Part shown: in pieces, positions 39,660 through 48,627 of the stretch
Position numbering within the stretch: position 1 is the stretch's first letter
How the letters are laid out: every line of letters begins with the position of its first letter
Source: Bdellovibrionota bacterium
Lineage (GTDB): Bacteria; Bdellovibrionota_C; UBA2361; JBIKWN01
Length of the DNA stretch: 64,000 nucleotides
NCBI GenBank assembly: GCA_044356295.1
Contig: JBIKWN010000009.1
Location: 912 to 64,911, forward strand
Reading direction: 5' to 3'
Translations under genes and position numbers: made by a program
The notes under the pieces: model-generated
Databases searched by the model: none
What the model saw: only the letters and a program-made list of their open reading frames with translations
What the model was told of the DNA's origin: nothing

Positions 39660-40727
39660 ATAAATATCAAGAGTCTTTGAAATAGTCATCTCCAAATTAA
39701 AATCAGTCTTTATTCGAGTAGGTGCTTCCTTTGCTAATTGCATTCGAAGAGACGGATTATCAACAAGTTCAATGATTGAAGAAGCAATCGAATTTGGATC
39801 AGATGGTGGAATGACTAAACCAGATTTTCTGTGTTGAACAAGCTCAGGGAGCCCACCAACATTGGTTACAATTGTTGCAACACCTTTTGACATCGCTTCG
39901 ATCGCAGCTTTTGCTAATCCTTCTCTAGCAATAGAGGGCATAATAAAAATATCACTTGCAGCGACTAAGTCGGTTGCATCCTTGCGAAATCCAGTCGTAA
40001 TAATTTTATCTTTATTTGGGGATGAAGAAATTAATGCTTCAACTCTTTTATCTCGAATATCCCCAATTAAAAGAAGGACGATATTTTTTTCTGATGGAAT
40101 ACGTGAAAAGCCTTTAAGCAAAACATCAACACCTTTTACTGGTCTGATATTGGCAACACAGCTTACGACAACTACATCTTGAGGAATGTTTAGTTGCGAA
40201 CGAATCTGCTCTTTTGAACGATGTGCTGATTCGTACCATTCAATTCTGTGACCTTTATGAATCGTTACTGTTCGAGATGGTGGAACCCCCATCTGATTCA
40301 TATATTTTTCTACAGCATGTGAGACGCAGATGATTTTATGAAGCCCAGGATTGAGAAATGAAAGCCAGCTACTTGGGTCAAACCAACTGAGATGTCCCAT
40401 GGTGCCTCGGTAAGCAACACGTTTTACCGAAAGTCCAAATGAAGCAATCAAACCATTTGATACTGCACGAGCAGAGAACAGATGTATGATGTCATACTGT
40501 TCTTTTTTTAAAATTTTTCTGAGTCTAAGAATTGCACCGATATCAAAACGACTCTTAAATTGATCTTCAAATTTTTGAATAGGAGTGTAAGCTCCATCAA
40601 AAATTTCATTATAGCGGGCATTTTTTTCAGTGAGGATTGATAGCTCTATAGCTTTTCGGTTTGCTAACTCTAAAAGCATCGAAGCTTCGCATCGATCAAA
40701 GTTGGCTGATACTGCAAGTACTTTCAT
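39612..40727 (-). CDS. Glycosyltransferase family 4
   Basis: KGVDVL, EGLAKAAIEAM, VGGLPELV. Confidence 0.9.
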   Translation of the reverse strand: MKVLAVSANFDRCEASMLLELANRKAIELSILTEKNARYNEIFDGAYTPIQKFEDQFKSRFDIGAILRLRKILKKEQYDIIHLFSARAVSNGLIASFGLSVKRVAYRGTMGHLSWFDPSSWLSFLNPGLHKIICVSHAVEKYMNQMGVPPSRTVTIHKGHRIEWYESAHRSKEQIRSQLNIPQDVVVVSCVANIRPVKGVDVLLKGFSRIPSEKNIVLLLIGDIRDKRVEALISSSPNKDKIITTGFRKDATDLVAASDIFIMPSIAREGLAKAAIEAMSKGVATIVTNVGGLPELVQHRKSGLVIPPSDPNSIASSIIELVDNPSLRMQLAKEAPTRIKTDFNLEMTISKTLDIYSALNRIQNTTNDCPT

Positions 40728-41428
40728 AGAAGCTCTTTTTTTAAGAGAAGTTCACCGATATCAACAACAGAATGCTCAACGTTATGTTTTGTTTCAGGAT
40801 CAAAGAGAATTGAATGCCACCCAGCAGTTCTTGCTGGAACGTAATCAAGTGGATGGCTATCGCCAATATAAACTGCCTTTTCAGCTGGAATACCGACCCT
40901 TCTATTTATCTCCAAGAATGCATCAGGAGAGGGTTTTTTTATTCCAATACATTCAGCCGTAAGTATATGAGAGAAGTAGTGGTCAACCTTATGACCTTCG
41001 AGGATACTTTTTACTCGTGAATCATTATTGGTAAAGACGCCCAGAGTATAGCCGCGTTCAGCAAGTGTTTTTAAAGTGGTTTCCAGATTCGTAGAGAGTG
41101 CCCTGGTCTCAGGATCAGCAAATCGGTGATAGTAGTCGTCTAAAACTTTTGGGTGGTATTCATTACCAATCACAGCATCAGTTACCCGTCTTGAGAACTC
41201 ACGCCACCATTCTCGGTCTCGGGCTGGGAAGGTGCGATAATTTCCAGATGGATTTTCATAGAAATGCTTTAAATCATCCCAAACACTTTTTAAACTCAGA
41301 GCGAGCTCATCTGGGCATACTTCAAAGCCGTGGTTTAAAAGTACGTCTCGGTAGTGAAAAGCAACTGACGGCGTAACCGAAAAAAGGGTATCATCAGCAT
41401 CGAAAAAAATAAGGTCAAAACGTCTCAT
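40724..41428 (-). CDS. HAD-superfamily hydrolase
   Basis: FFDADDTL, TNND, KPSP, YIGDS..LD. Confidence 0.9.
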   Translation of the reverse strand: MRRFDLIFFDADDTLFSVTPSVAFHYRDVLLNHGFEVCPDELALSLKSVWDDLKHFYENPSGNYRTFPARDREWWREFSRRVTDAVIGNEYHPKVLDDYYHRFADPETRALSTNLETTLKTLAERGYTLGVFTNNDSRVKSILEGHKVDHYFSHILTAECIGIKKPSPDAFLEINRRVGIPAEKAVYIGDSHPLDYVPARTAGWHSILFDPETKHNVEHSVVDIGELLLKKELL

Positions 41429-42218
41429 GAATCAATCAAACGATACTGTACACTTAAGTTGGGCGGAAGAAAAAATCGCCGTTATTACCCTTAATCAGCC
41501 AGCGTCCTTTAATGCTATGGCTGAGCAGATGGCTTTAGACTTCAAAAAAATCATTGATGAGCTTAGAACTCTCGGCAAAGCTCGAGTTATTATACTCACA
41601 GGAGCCGGAAAAGCGTTCTCAGCTGGTGGTGACCTTGAGATGCTTTATCAAAAAACAAAACTTTCCTCAGATGAGAACTATAAAAGAATGAGGAATTTTT
41701 ATGATTGTTTCCTTGGATTCCGCGCACTTCGTGTTCCTGTTATCTCTGCCATTAACGGAGCAGCAGTTGGAGCAGGGCTGTGTGTAGCCTGTGCAACCAA
41801 TATTAGGATTGCTGCAAAGAGTGCAAAGCTTGGTGTTACATTTACCAAACTTGGTTTGCACCCAGGAATGGCTGCTACTTATTTTTTACCAAAAGTAGTT
41901 GGCTCATCTGCTGCATATGAATTAATGCTCACAGGAAAAATCATTTCAGCAGACGAGGCGCTTCGTATTGGACTTATCTCTCAAATTACTGAAGATGATG
42001 CTGTTTTAGAGAAAGCCATTGAACTTGCGAAAGAGATTCTGGCAACTGGGCCTGAAGTTACCAAACAGCTTCTTGATACATTGGCACTTGTAGATGATGA
42101 GATGCTTGATAAAACGCTTCATCGTGAGGCATCGTGCCAAGCGGTGAATTATTCAGGGGCTGAGTTTTTAGAGGGAATTTCGGCTGCTAAAGAGAAGAGG
42201 AAGGCCTTGTTTAGCTGA
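41427..42218 (+). CDS. Enoyl-CoA hydratase/isomerase family protein
   Basis: AFSAGGDL, AINGAAVGAG, LGLHPGM. Confidence 0.92.
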   Translation: MNQSNDTVHLSWAEEKIAVITLNQPASFNAMAEQMALDFKKIIDELRTLGKARVIILTGAGKAFSAGGDLEMLYQKTKLSSDENYKRMRNFYDCFLGFRALRVPVISAINGAAVGAGLCVACATNIRIAAKSAKLGVTFTKLGLHPGMAATYFLPKVVGSSAAYELMLTGKIISADEALRIGLISQITEDDAVLEKAIELAKEILATGPEVTKQLLDTLALVDDEMLDKTLHREASCQAVNYSGAEFLEGISAAKEKRKALFS

Positions 42219-42289
42219 TCGGTAGGTAGATACAGTTCCATACGATTCTAAGCCCACTACTGTCCGGTAGAAAATAACTGAAAACATTT

Positions 42290-42367
42290 TTAGTAACGCG
42301 AAGGTCGCGCAGTACGCGAAGGATTTAATTAGATCCTTCGCGTACTTCGCGACCTTCGCGTTACTAA
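42290..42367. repeat. Long REP-like palindrome (35-bp arms, 1 mismatch)
   Basis: TTAGTAACGCGAAGGTCGCGCAGTACGCGAAGGAT-ttaattag-ATCCTTCGCGTACTTCGCGACCTTCGCGTTACTAA, between convergent genes. Confidence 0.9.
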
Positions 42368-42391
42368 GAGGACGGCGATATAAGCAGTGTA

Positions 42392-42592
42392 TTAATTATA
42401 CTTTCTGCGTAAAGCAAAAAAACTACCAACAGCAACAAGCACTACATGTAATGATGAATAGTAAAAACCATTCATGTTGTCAGTATCGAGTGCTGATTGA
42501 AAAAGTCGCAAACCAATAATTGCAGAAAGCAAAAAAATACCAGCGGCAAGCCGCTGGTTGAATTTCTTTGAGTCCATTTGAATAGAGCTCAT
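42392..42592 (-). CDS. Small 2-TM hypothetical protein
   Basis: ORF track; two hydrophobic segments. Confidence 0.55.
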   Translation of the reverse strand: MSSIQMDSKKFNQRLAAGIFLLSAIIGLRLFQSALDTDNMNGFYYSSLHVVLVAVGSFFALRRKYN

Positions 42593-42638
42593 AGGTACTA
42601 CGTCTTTTAAGTCTATCGACAGATTAACGAAGCCCAGA

Positions 42639-42965
42639 TTATCGAAGAAGAGTCAGTCTGTCTTGAATTGCATCAGGATCATCTTCATAGGTACGAAGAG
42701 TATTTTGAAGTGCAATCGGATCGAGGTCTAAGTGAGTTGCAACCCAAGCAAATGAAAAAGATTTTTTTGGAGTCATTTTGCCGAAAATCCACTGACGAGC
42801 ACTACGAACGATATGGCGCTCACAATGAGCTGTTCCAAAAGCGTCACAGATTGCGCGGGCTAAAACGGCAGAGAGAAGGTTTCTTTCAGGTTTAACCGGG
42901 GACTGTGCCTCTAAATCTTCATCAATATCAGGTGAAAAACGGTTCGCAGCTGAAGAATTACTCAT
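42639..42965 (-). CDS. Hypothetical protein
   Basis: ATG ORF with a PERNLLSAVLARAICD...ARQWI...FSFAWV...LDLDP pattern that looks like a conserved helical family. Confidence 0.7.
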   Translation of the reverse strand: MSNSSAANRFSPDIDEDLEAQSPVKPERNLLSAVLARAICDAFGTAHCERHIVRSARQWIFGKMTPKKSFSFAWVATHLDLDPIALQNTLRTYEDDPDAIQDRLTLLR

Positions 42966-43140
42966 GTAATAATACCCTTATCTAAGTTTAAGTTCCCTAA
43001 AGCTTTTAGCTGCTTAAAGTAACAAGGTCAACAAAATAATCTATAATTTTTTGAAATTATTTAATAATTTCAGGCAAATGAGGGTTAAAACGCCAGTTTG
43101 TTTTACTAGCTAGATCATTGTTTGTAGAATGACCTAAAAT

Positions 43141-43169
43141 TTGACTTTTTTCGAGTGGTTCTTGATACT
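43141..43169 (+). promoter_or_regulatory. sigma70 promoter
   Basis: TTGACT-N17-GATACT upstream of the RRM-S18 gene. Confidence 0.55.
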
Positions 43170-43205
43170 TGCCCCTCACATTAAATTGATACTTTATTTT
43201 TGTAT

Positions 43206-43748
43206 ATGGCTAAGAAGCTTTTTGTTAGTAATTTAGATTTCGAAATCTCTGTAGATCAACTTCGTGAGATGTTTTCGGAAGTTGGTGGTGTTGTAAGTGT
43301 TGTGATCGCAACTGATCGTGATACGAAGCGTTCTAAAGGATTTGCATTCGTTGAAATGGAAACTGATGAGTCTGCATCAGCAGCCATTGAGTCGATCAAC
43401 AATAAAACTGTTAACGGGCGTCCTGTTAAAGTTGTAGAAGATCGTGGAAAAGGCGGAGGAGATACTCGTGAGTCATCTGGTGGCGGAGAGCGACCTAAGT
43501 TTGAACCACTTCCTGCAATTCAAAGAACTCAACTTTTCAAAAGAAAAAGAAAACTTGATCCTTTCACACAGAGCCCAACAAAAACTGTTGATTACAAAGA
43601 CACAAAACTTCTTTCAAAGTTTATCTCTGAAAGAGGAAAAATTTTAAGCCGTCGTCTTACTGGACTTACTGCTTATAACCAAAGAAAAGTTTCTAAGGCT
43701 ATCAAGCGTGCTCAGAATCTTGGATTAATGCCTTCTTCGACTGTATAA
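43206..43748 (+). CDS. rpsR: RRM RNA-binding domain fused to ribosomal protein bS18
   Basis: RNP2 KLFVSNL and RNP1 KGFAFVEM, then VDYKDTKLLSKFISERGKILSRRLTG....QRKVSKAIKRAQNLGLMP in the same frame. Confidence 0.9.
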   Translation: MAKKLFVSNLDFEISVDQLREMFSEVGGVVSVVIATDRDTKRSKGFAFVEMETDESASAAIESINNKTVNGRPVKVVEDRGKGGGDTRESSGGGERPKFEPLPAIQRTQLFKRKRKLDPFTQSPTKTVDYKDTKLLSKFISERGKILSRRLTGLTAYNQRKVSKAIKRAQNLGLMPSSTV

Positions 43749-43768
43749 GTTTTAAGATTGTAATTAAT

Positions 43769-43798
43769 AAAAAAAGCTCCTCAACAGGAGCTTTTTTT
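43769..43798. terminator. Bidirectional Rho-independent terminator
   Basis: A7-GCTCCT-CAAC-AGGAGC-T7. Confidence 0.9.
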
Positions 43799-43840
43799 AT
43801 GTCTCAATATCAATTCTTTGAAACTTACTGAAATGACAGT

Positions 43841-44914
43841 TTATAAAACTCCACTAATTTCTTTTTCATATCCTGTAAGCTCAACATACCCAATAACAGA
43901 TTCGTCTAATGCATGAACGGCTCCTTCGTAGTAGCTAGTAACCTGTTCATCTGGAAATGTCAGTAATTGATTATCAATTCTTGTCTTTATTGTGACATTT
44001 AAGTTGTTACAAATTTTTGATTCGATCTTCCATTCGGAGGGATATTTAGTCGAATTATGCACCCAATACTTGGTAGGAGTTACAGAATAATCCTTAGCAG
44101 AGAGTTGTGATAAAACTCCATTAGAGATGCAACTTCCAGAATAAAAATCATCTTTGGCTTCTTTAGCACGTACCTTAAATAACATGACCTCAGTTCCATC
44201 TTTCGTAATTAATGAGAACCAATCCCAACCGGTTTGATTTGGTTGTAATGTGTTACTCATAAACTCATGGTCCATCCAGCTGATTCCAGTCAATTTCGTC
44301 TGATTTGTATTTTGATAGAGTTCTGCGTTGGTAGGTATTCGTGAAAAACTTACGTACTGGGAAGCGCAAGAATCGCAACTTCCTTTTTTGCTGTAACCGT
44401 TTTCTCCTTGAAGAATAGGTTGCACAGAATCAGTAGCAAGCACCATGTTCGTAGAGATTGCACCAACAGAGAATTTTAAAAGAATATTATTTTGGATCAT
44501 CTCGGAGAGCCACGATTTGTTCCACACTTTTAATCGATTTTCTAATGCTCCAGCAAAATCAAAAATACCTGGAGCTTTGAGTGATTCAAATGAATGAGTA
44601 TTATTTTTAAAATCAGAAAAAGCAGCATGTGCTAAATACCCTTGTGATTGGTCTGATTTTTGTCTGAAAAAAGTAAGTTGATATCCATATGATGGTGCGT
44701 CTTTGAAAGGAACATCGCCCTCTTCATACAGATTACCAGTATAGTACCACCACTCAGTTTTAAAATTTGGGTGAGAGCCGTGATCTTTAGGGAAAGAAAA
44801 ATTAAAATCTTTTTTTGCAATGTCAAAAGGTTCTGCGTGACAATACAGTGGGGCATAGTATGCGGTTACGATAAGAGTTGCATAAGAGAAAATTTTTGGA
44901 ATTTTAATGTTCAT
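43841..44914 (-). CDS. AttH/CrtC-like lipocalin-domain protein
   Basis: FPKDHGSHPNFKTEWWYYTGNL, WMDHEF, GWDWF, YYEG, GYVELTGY. Confidence 0.88.
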   Translation of the reverse strand: MNIKIPKIFSYATLIVTAYYAPLYCHAEPFDIAKKDFNFSFPKDHGSHPNFKTEWWYYTGNLYEEGDVPFKDAPSYGYQLTFFRQKSDQSQGYLAHAAFSDFKNNTHSFESLKAPGIFDFAGALENRLKVWNKSWLSEMIQNNILLKFSVGAISTNMVLATDSVQPILQGENGYSKKGSCDSCASQYVSFSRIPTNAELYQNTNQTKLTGISWMDHEFMSNTLQPNQTGWDWFSLITKDGTEVMLFKVRAKEAKDDFYSGSCISNGVLSQLSAKDYSVTPTKYWVHNSTKYPSEWKIESKICNNLNVTIKTRIDNQLLTFPDEQVTSYYEGAVHALDESVIGYVELTGYEKEISGVL

Positions 44915-44933
44915 ATCGATTTCTTAGATTAAT

Positions 44934-47264
44934 TTATTCAAGCGAAACACGAGCCGCAATAATTCTTTTCATCATTGGTTTATAAACAACAGGAAGGGCT
45001 AGAAACATACTTACTGCAGCAAAGCATAGTGGAATGACAAGGGTTAATGCAGTAACAGTAGTATGAATAGTCCATCCAAATGAAAGAGGATTTATTTGGC
45101 TAACAATTGTATTTCCCAAAAGAATGCCAAAGAATAATCCACTGATGGATGATGACAATAATATGACCAGTGTCATTGATAGAATTGATAACAGAAAATC
45201 ATTGACCGAAAAACCGAGTAATCGAAGGGTTCCATAATGGCGAGCACGAATTTCAATATCATGAAGAAAAATTAATGTAAAATTAATAATGCATACGAGA
45301 AATATTAATATTTTAATGTAGGTAGTAATTCGAAATGTATCATCAAAAATCTTAAGCGCTTCATTTTTTAGGGTTGATGAATTAAAGGTGACAAGTGATG
45401 GAATTTTTAGATTTTTGAGTGTTTCTTGAGCTTTTAAGGCATCAGCCGGAGATAAAAAAGCCGCTGAAATTGTTTTTGTAGCTACCGTAGGGAGGTTGGC
45501 ATTCTCATACGCTTGTCTGTCTAAAAGAAATGCACCTCTTTCATTTGCAAAATCTCGGAAAAAACCTTTTACGAAAAAATTTTTACCAAAAAGCGTAATG
45601 GTATCTCCAAGATTGATATTAAATTTTGCTTTTGCAACTTCACTTACAATCAAATTGCCAGTTTCAGAGGAAGGTTGTAGAAAGTCATACAAAGAGTGCT
45701 CGATGACTGTTTGAAAAGGGACAAGGTAAATTTTAATTCGCCCATCCTGGTAAGGAGTATCGATCTCTTTTGTTTGAACAATCCATGAAACAGAATCACT
45801 CTGTTCAAGAGATTGTATGGCAGAAAGAGGCATCATTCCTGAATCATCTCTTACATAAAGATCCCCGTTAAACGTCGTATTCATCCATGACTCTAGTGTG
45901 GCACGGAAGCTATCTACGAAAATATTAAGACTAATTAAGAAAGCTAAGGCAGCACCGAACGAAAAAGCTGAGAGTCCAAAGCGGAATGGTTCATGTTCAA
46001 GAGAACGAATGGAAAATAAAACCCCTGGTGAAATCTTTTTTGATAGAACAATAAAAAAACGAGCGATCGGACGAAGTAAGAGAAAACTAAGAATGCCTGA
46101 TGTTAGAAATAGAAGAAGAGCACTAATGTAAGAAAGAGGAAGAATGTATGCGTACTTTGAAAATAAAAAAATAAGAGGTGCAAGTATCACCAAAGCAATT
46201 GAAATAGTTGTTAAACGTTTTAATGGAACCGCATGAGTTTCGTCTTCTTTTGGAGAAAGAGAAGGATTTGTATGTAGGATACTGAGTGTTGGAAGGAGTG
46301 TGCCAGCAAAGCTTGCCCCGATACTAACTAAAAGTACTATGGGAATATCCGATGTATATTGGGGGTGAAACGAAGGAATATTTAAACTTCCCTGATGATG
46401 AGCCTGCGTTGATATAAAATATGCACGGGCTAAAAATTCGGTTAAAGGAGAAAAAATTGTAAGACCAATTATGCTACCGGCAATTCCAGTAAAAAGGCTC
46501 TCGAGTGATGAAAAAAACAGGATCATTGAAGAGGAAGCTCCTAATGTCCGAAAGGAAATAATTAGTTTTTTTGTCTGTGTATATCCATGAAGGGCACAAG
46601 AAAAAACAACAAAAGATGTTAGAAATACTGAAAGAAGGATGAGGAAATTTAAATTCGAACGGTATGCAAAGGTAATATTTTCAGCTCTGCTAAATTTATC
46701 TTGCTTGGTTTCAATCAGTAACCCCGGAAAATACTGTGGAAGAAGTGAGATAGAGTCAGCAATTGATTCATCAAAAAGGGCAATAAAAGATGGTTTCTGG
46801 GTTGATGCTCCAATTTTAATAACATCATACGGTAAGGTTTCTAGCTCTTGCTTCTTCTCACAGGAAAAAGAAATTCCTTTCTTAACAAGGCATGTAGCAT
46901 CAGGATAATCACTGAGAATATTTTGATTGTTTTTGTCTGAAACAATTATTGAAAGAATCCGAAGATTTTGGTTTTGAATTATTTCGATACTTTCCCTAGC
47001 AATGAGCATATTCGTCATACTGCTTTGAGAAAGATAAGATAAAAATGAGTCTGGAATGACACCACTTACGTGTCGGATTTCATATTTCCATTCATTTTTA
47101 CTTACTCGACTTAAACTATCGAATGCAGAAATGCTTTCTCTACCAGAGATTCGAACACTTAATACCAAACATGCTGCTATTGATACAGCAAATATTTGAA
47201 GCATTGTCTTAAATATATGTTGTTGAATCTGGCGCCGAGTTGCTAAAAGCAAAAAACGAATCAC
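44934..47264 (-). CDS. ABC transporter permease (FtsX/MacB-like, AttFG type)
   Basis: Two permease repeats; RTLGAS, IFDDTFRIT, INPLSFGWTI. Confidence 0.85.
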   Translation of the reverse strand: MIRFLLLATRRQIQQHIFKTMLQIFAVSIAACLVLSVRISGRESISAFDSLSRVSKNEWKYEIRHVSGVIPDSFLSYLSQSSMTNMLIARESIEIIQNQNLRILSIIVSDKNNQNILSDYPDATCLVKKGISFSCEKKQELETLPYDVIKIGASTQKPSFIALFDESIADSISLLPQYFPGLLIETKQDKFSRAENITFAYRSNLNFLILLSVFLTSFVVFSCALHGYTQTKKLIISFRTLGASSSMILFFSSLESLFTGIAGSIIGLTIFSPLTEFLARAYFISTQAHHQGSLNIPSFHPQYTSDIPIVLLVSIGASFAGTLLPTLSILHTNPSLSPKEDETHAVPLKRLTTISIALVILAPLIFLFSKYAYILPLSYISALLLFLTSGILSFLLLRPIARFFIVLSKKISPGVLFSIRSLEHEPFRFGLSAFSFGAALAFLISLNIFVDSFRATLESWMNTTFNGDLYVRDDSGMMPLSAIQSLEQSDSVSWIVQTKEIDTPYQDGRIKIYLVPFQTVIEHSLYDFLQPSSETGNLIVSEVAKAKFNINLGDTITLFGKNFFVKGFFRDFANERGAFLLDRQAYENANLPTVATKTISAAFLSPADALKAQETLKNLKIPSLVTFNSSTLKNEALKIFDDTFRITTYIKILIFLVCIINFTLIFLHDIEIRARHYGTLRLLGFSVNDFLLSILSMTLVILLSSSISGLFFGILLGNTIVSQINPLSFGWTIHTTVTALTLVIPLCFAAVSMFLALPVVYKPMMKRIIAARVSLE

Positions 47265-47950
47265 GTTGAAGCGACTCCATCGGTAAGAGAGATAAGTCGT
47301 GAACAGATCTTGAGTGCGTCTTGGGAGTGACTGACCATAACAAAGCTTGATCCTCTTTTTGAAACTTCACGAAGAAGATCAAGAACGGCCGAGCCATTTT
47401 TTGAATCAAGATTCCCCGTCGGTTCGTCGGCAAGCACTAGTTTTGGTTTATGCACGAGTGCCCGCGCGATTCCGACTCGTTGCATCTCTCCACCTGAGAG
47501 TTGAAATGCTTTATGAGTTACACGATGTGAGAGGCCCACTTCTTGTAAGGCTTCAACTGATTTTACGTGAGCATGCTCCCATGGCATTTCTTGGAGCAGA
47601 AGAGGGAGCATGACGTTTTCTGACGCAGTCATACTTGGAATCAGATTAAAGTACTGAAAGATAAACCCTAAAAAATTTCGACGATATGAAATCAGTGATT
47701 TTTCTGATTGAAATTCAATACGTTGATTTTCAAAAAATAAATCACCAGTCGTAGGTGTTTCTGCAAGACCGAGTATATTTAAAAGCGTACTCTTACCAGC
47801 ACCAGATGGACCAAAAATTCCTATGGATTCACCACAATAAATTGAAAATGACGTTGATCGAAGTGCTTGAATGGTACCAGCAGACGAATCAAAAGATTTA
47901 CTGATTTCAGATAGTCTAACAAGTGATTCAGAACTATTTATTTCTGCCAA
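47261..47950 (-). CDS. ABC transporter ATP-binding protein (LolD/AttE-like)
   Basis: GPSGAGKST, LSGGEMQRV, LADEPTGNLD. Confidence 0.93.
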   Translation of the reverse strand: MAEINSSESLVRLSEISKSFDSSAGTIQALRSTSFSIYCGESIGIFGPSGAGKSTLLNILGLAETPTTGDLFFENQRIEFQSEKSLISYRRNFLGFIFQYFNLIPSMTASENVMLPLLLQEMPWEHAHVKSVEALQEVGLSHRVTHKAFQLSGGEMQRVGIARALVHKPKLVLADEPTGNLDSKNGSAVLDLLREVSKRGSSFVMVSHSQDALKICSRLISLTDGVAST

Positions 47951-48627
47951 GACTTGTCCCCTGGAATGTGAAAGACTTTTGTATCGGATTTAGAGACAGC
48001 TCGTTGTTCACTTGCTTTAACAATTTGATCTAAGACATGCTTAATTCGTTGACCACTTTGTTCAATCAGTTCGGCAGCTTCGATTTGTTCCTTATTAGCA
48101 TCAGGATTACATTTTAAAAGAAAAGCACCACCTAAAACTGCACCAAGCGGGTTATTGATTTCATGACGAAGGGTATCAACTAATGTTTTTACCGATTCAG
48201 ATACAGCAAGGTCTAGTTCTACTTTTTTAAGAGATGTTTCAAATTTTCCACGCTCAATGATTGCATGAATGAGCGGTTTAAAAAGAGGTTGTGAAACCTG
48301 AGTTTTACTTAAGAAGAAAGCAGCACCGGCTTTAATATTTTCAGCAGGTATATCTGGATTATCATCGCTACTGACTGACAGTACTGAACGACCTTCCAAA
48401 TGACCATCTGTAAGAAGTTGCAAACCTCTTCCATCAGGAAGATGTTGATCTAGAACAACAAGATCAATATGCGTTTCTATATGTGCTTCAAGAAATACAA
48501 TCGCTGATTGAATCGAACTAAAGTGATCAATTTCAATTGAAGGGATGATACTTTTAAGACGGATTTCTAAAAGTTTTTTAAAGTTAAGGTCGTCCTCAAT
48601 TATGAGAATGCGTGCTGTATCAATCAT
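47938..48627 (-). CDS. Receiver domain plus HisKA dimerisation domain, no HATPase domain
   Basis: IIEDD, LDQHLPDG, then H-box TLRHEINNPL; the protein ends about 70 aa later. Confidence 0.8.
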   Translation of the reverse strand: MIDTARILIIEDDLNFKKLLEIRLKSIIPSIEIDHFSSIQSAIVFLEAHIETHIDLVVLDQHLPDGRGLQLLTDGHLEGRSVLSVSSDDNPDIPAENIKAGAAFFLSKTQVSQPLFKPLIHAIIERGKFETSLKKVELDLAVSESVKTLVDTLRHEINNPLGAVLGGAFLLKCNPDANKEQIEAAELIEQSGQRIKHVLDQIVKASEQRAVSKSDTKVFHIPGDKSWQK

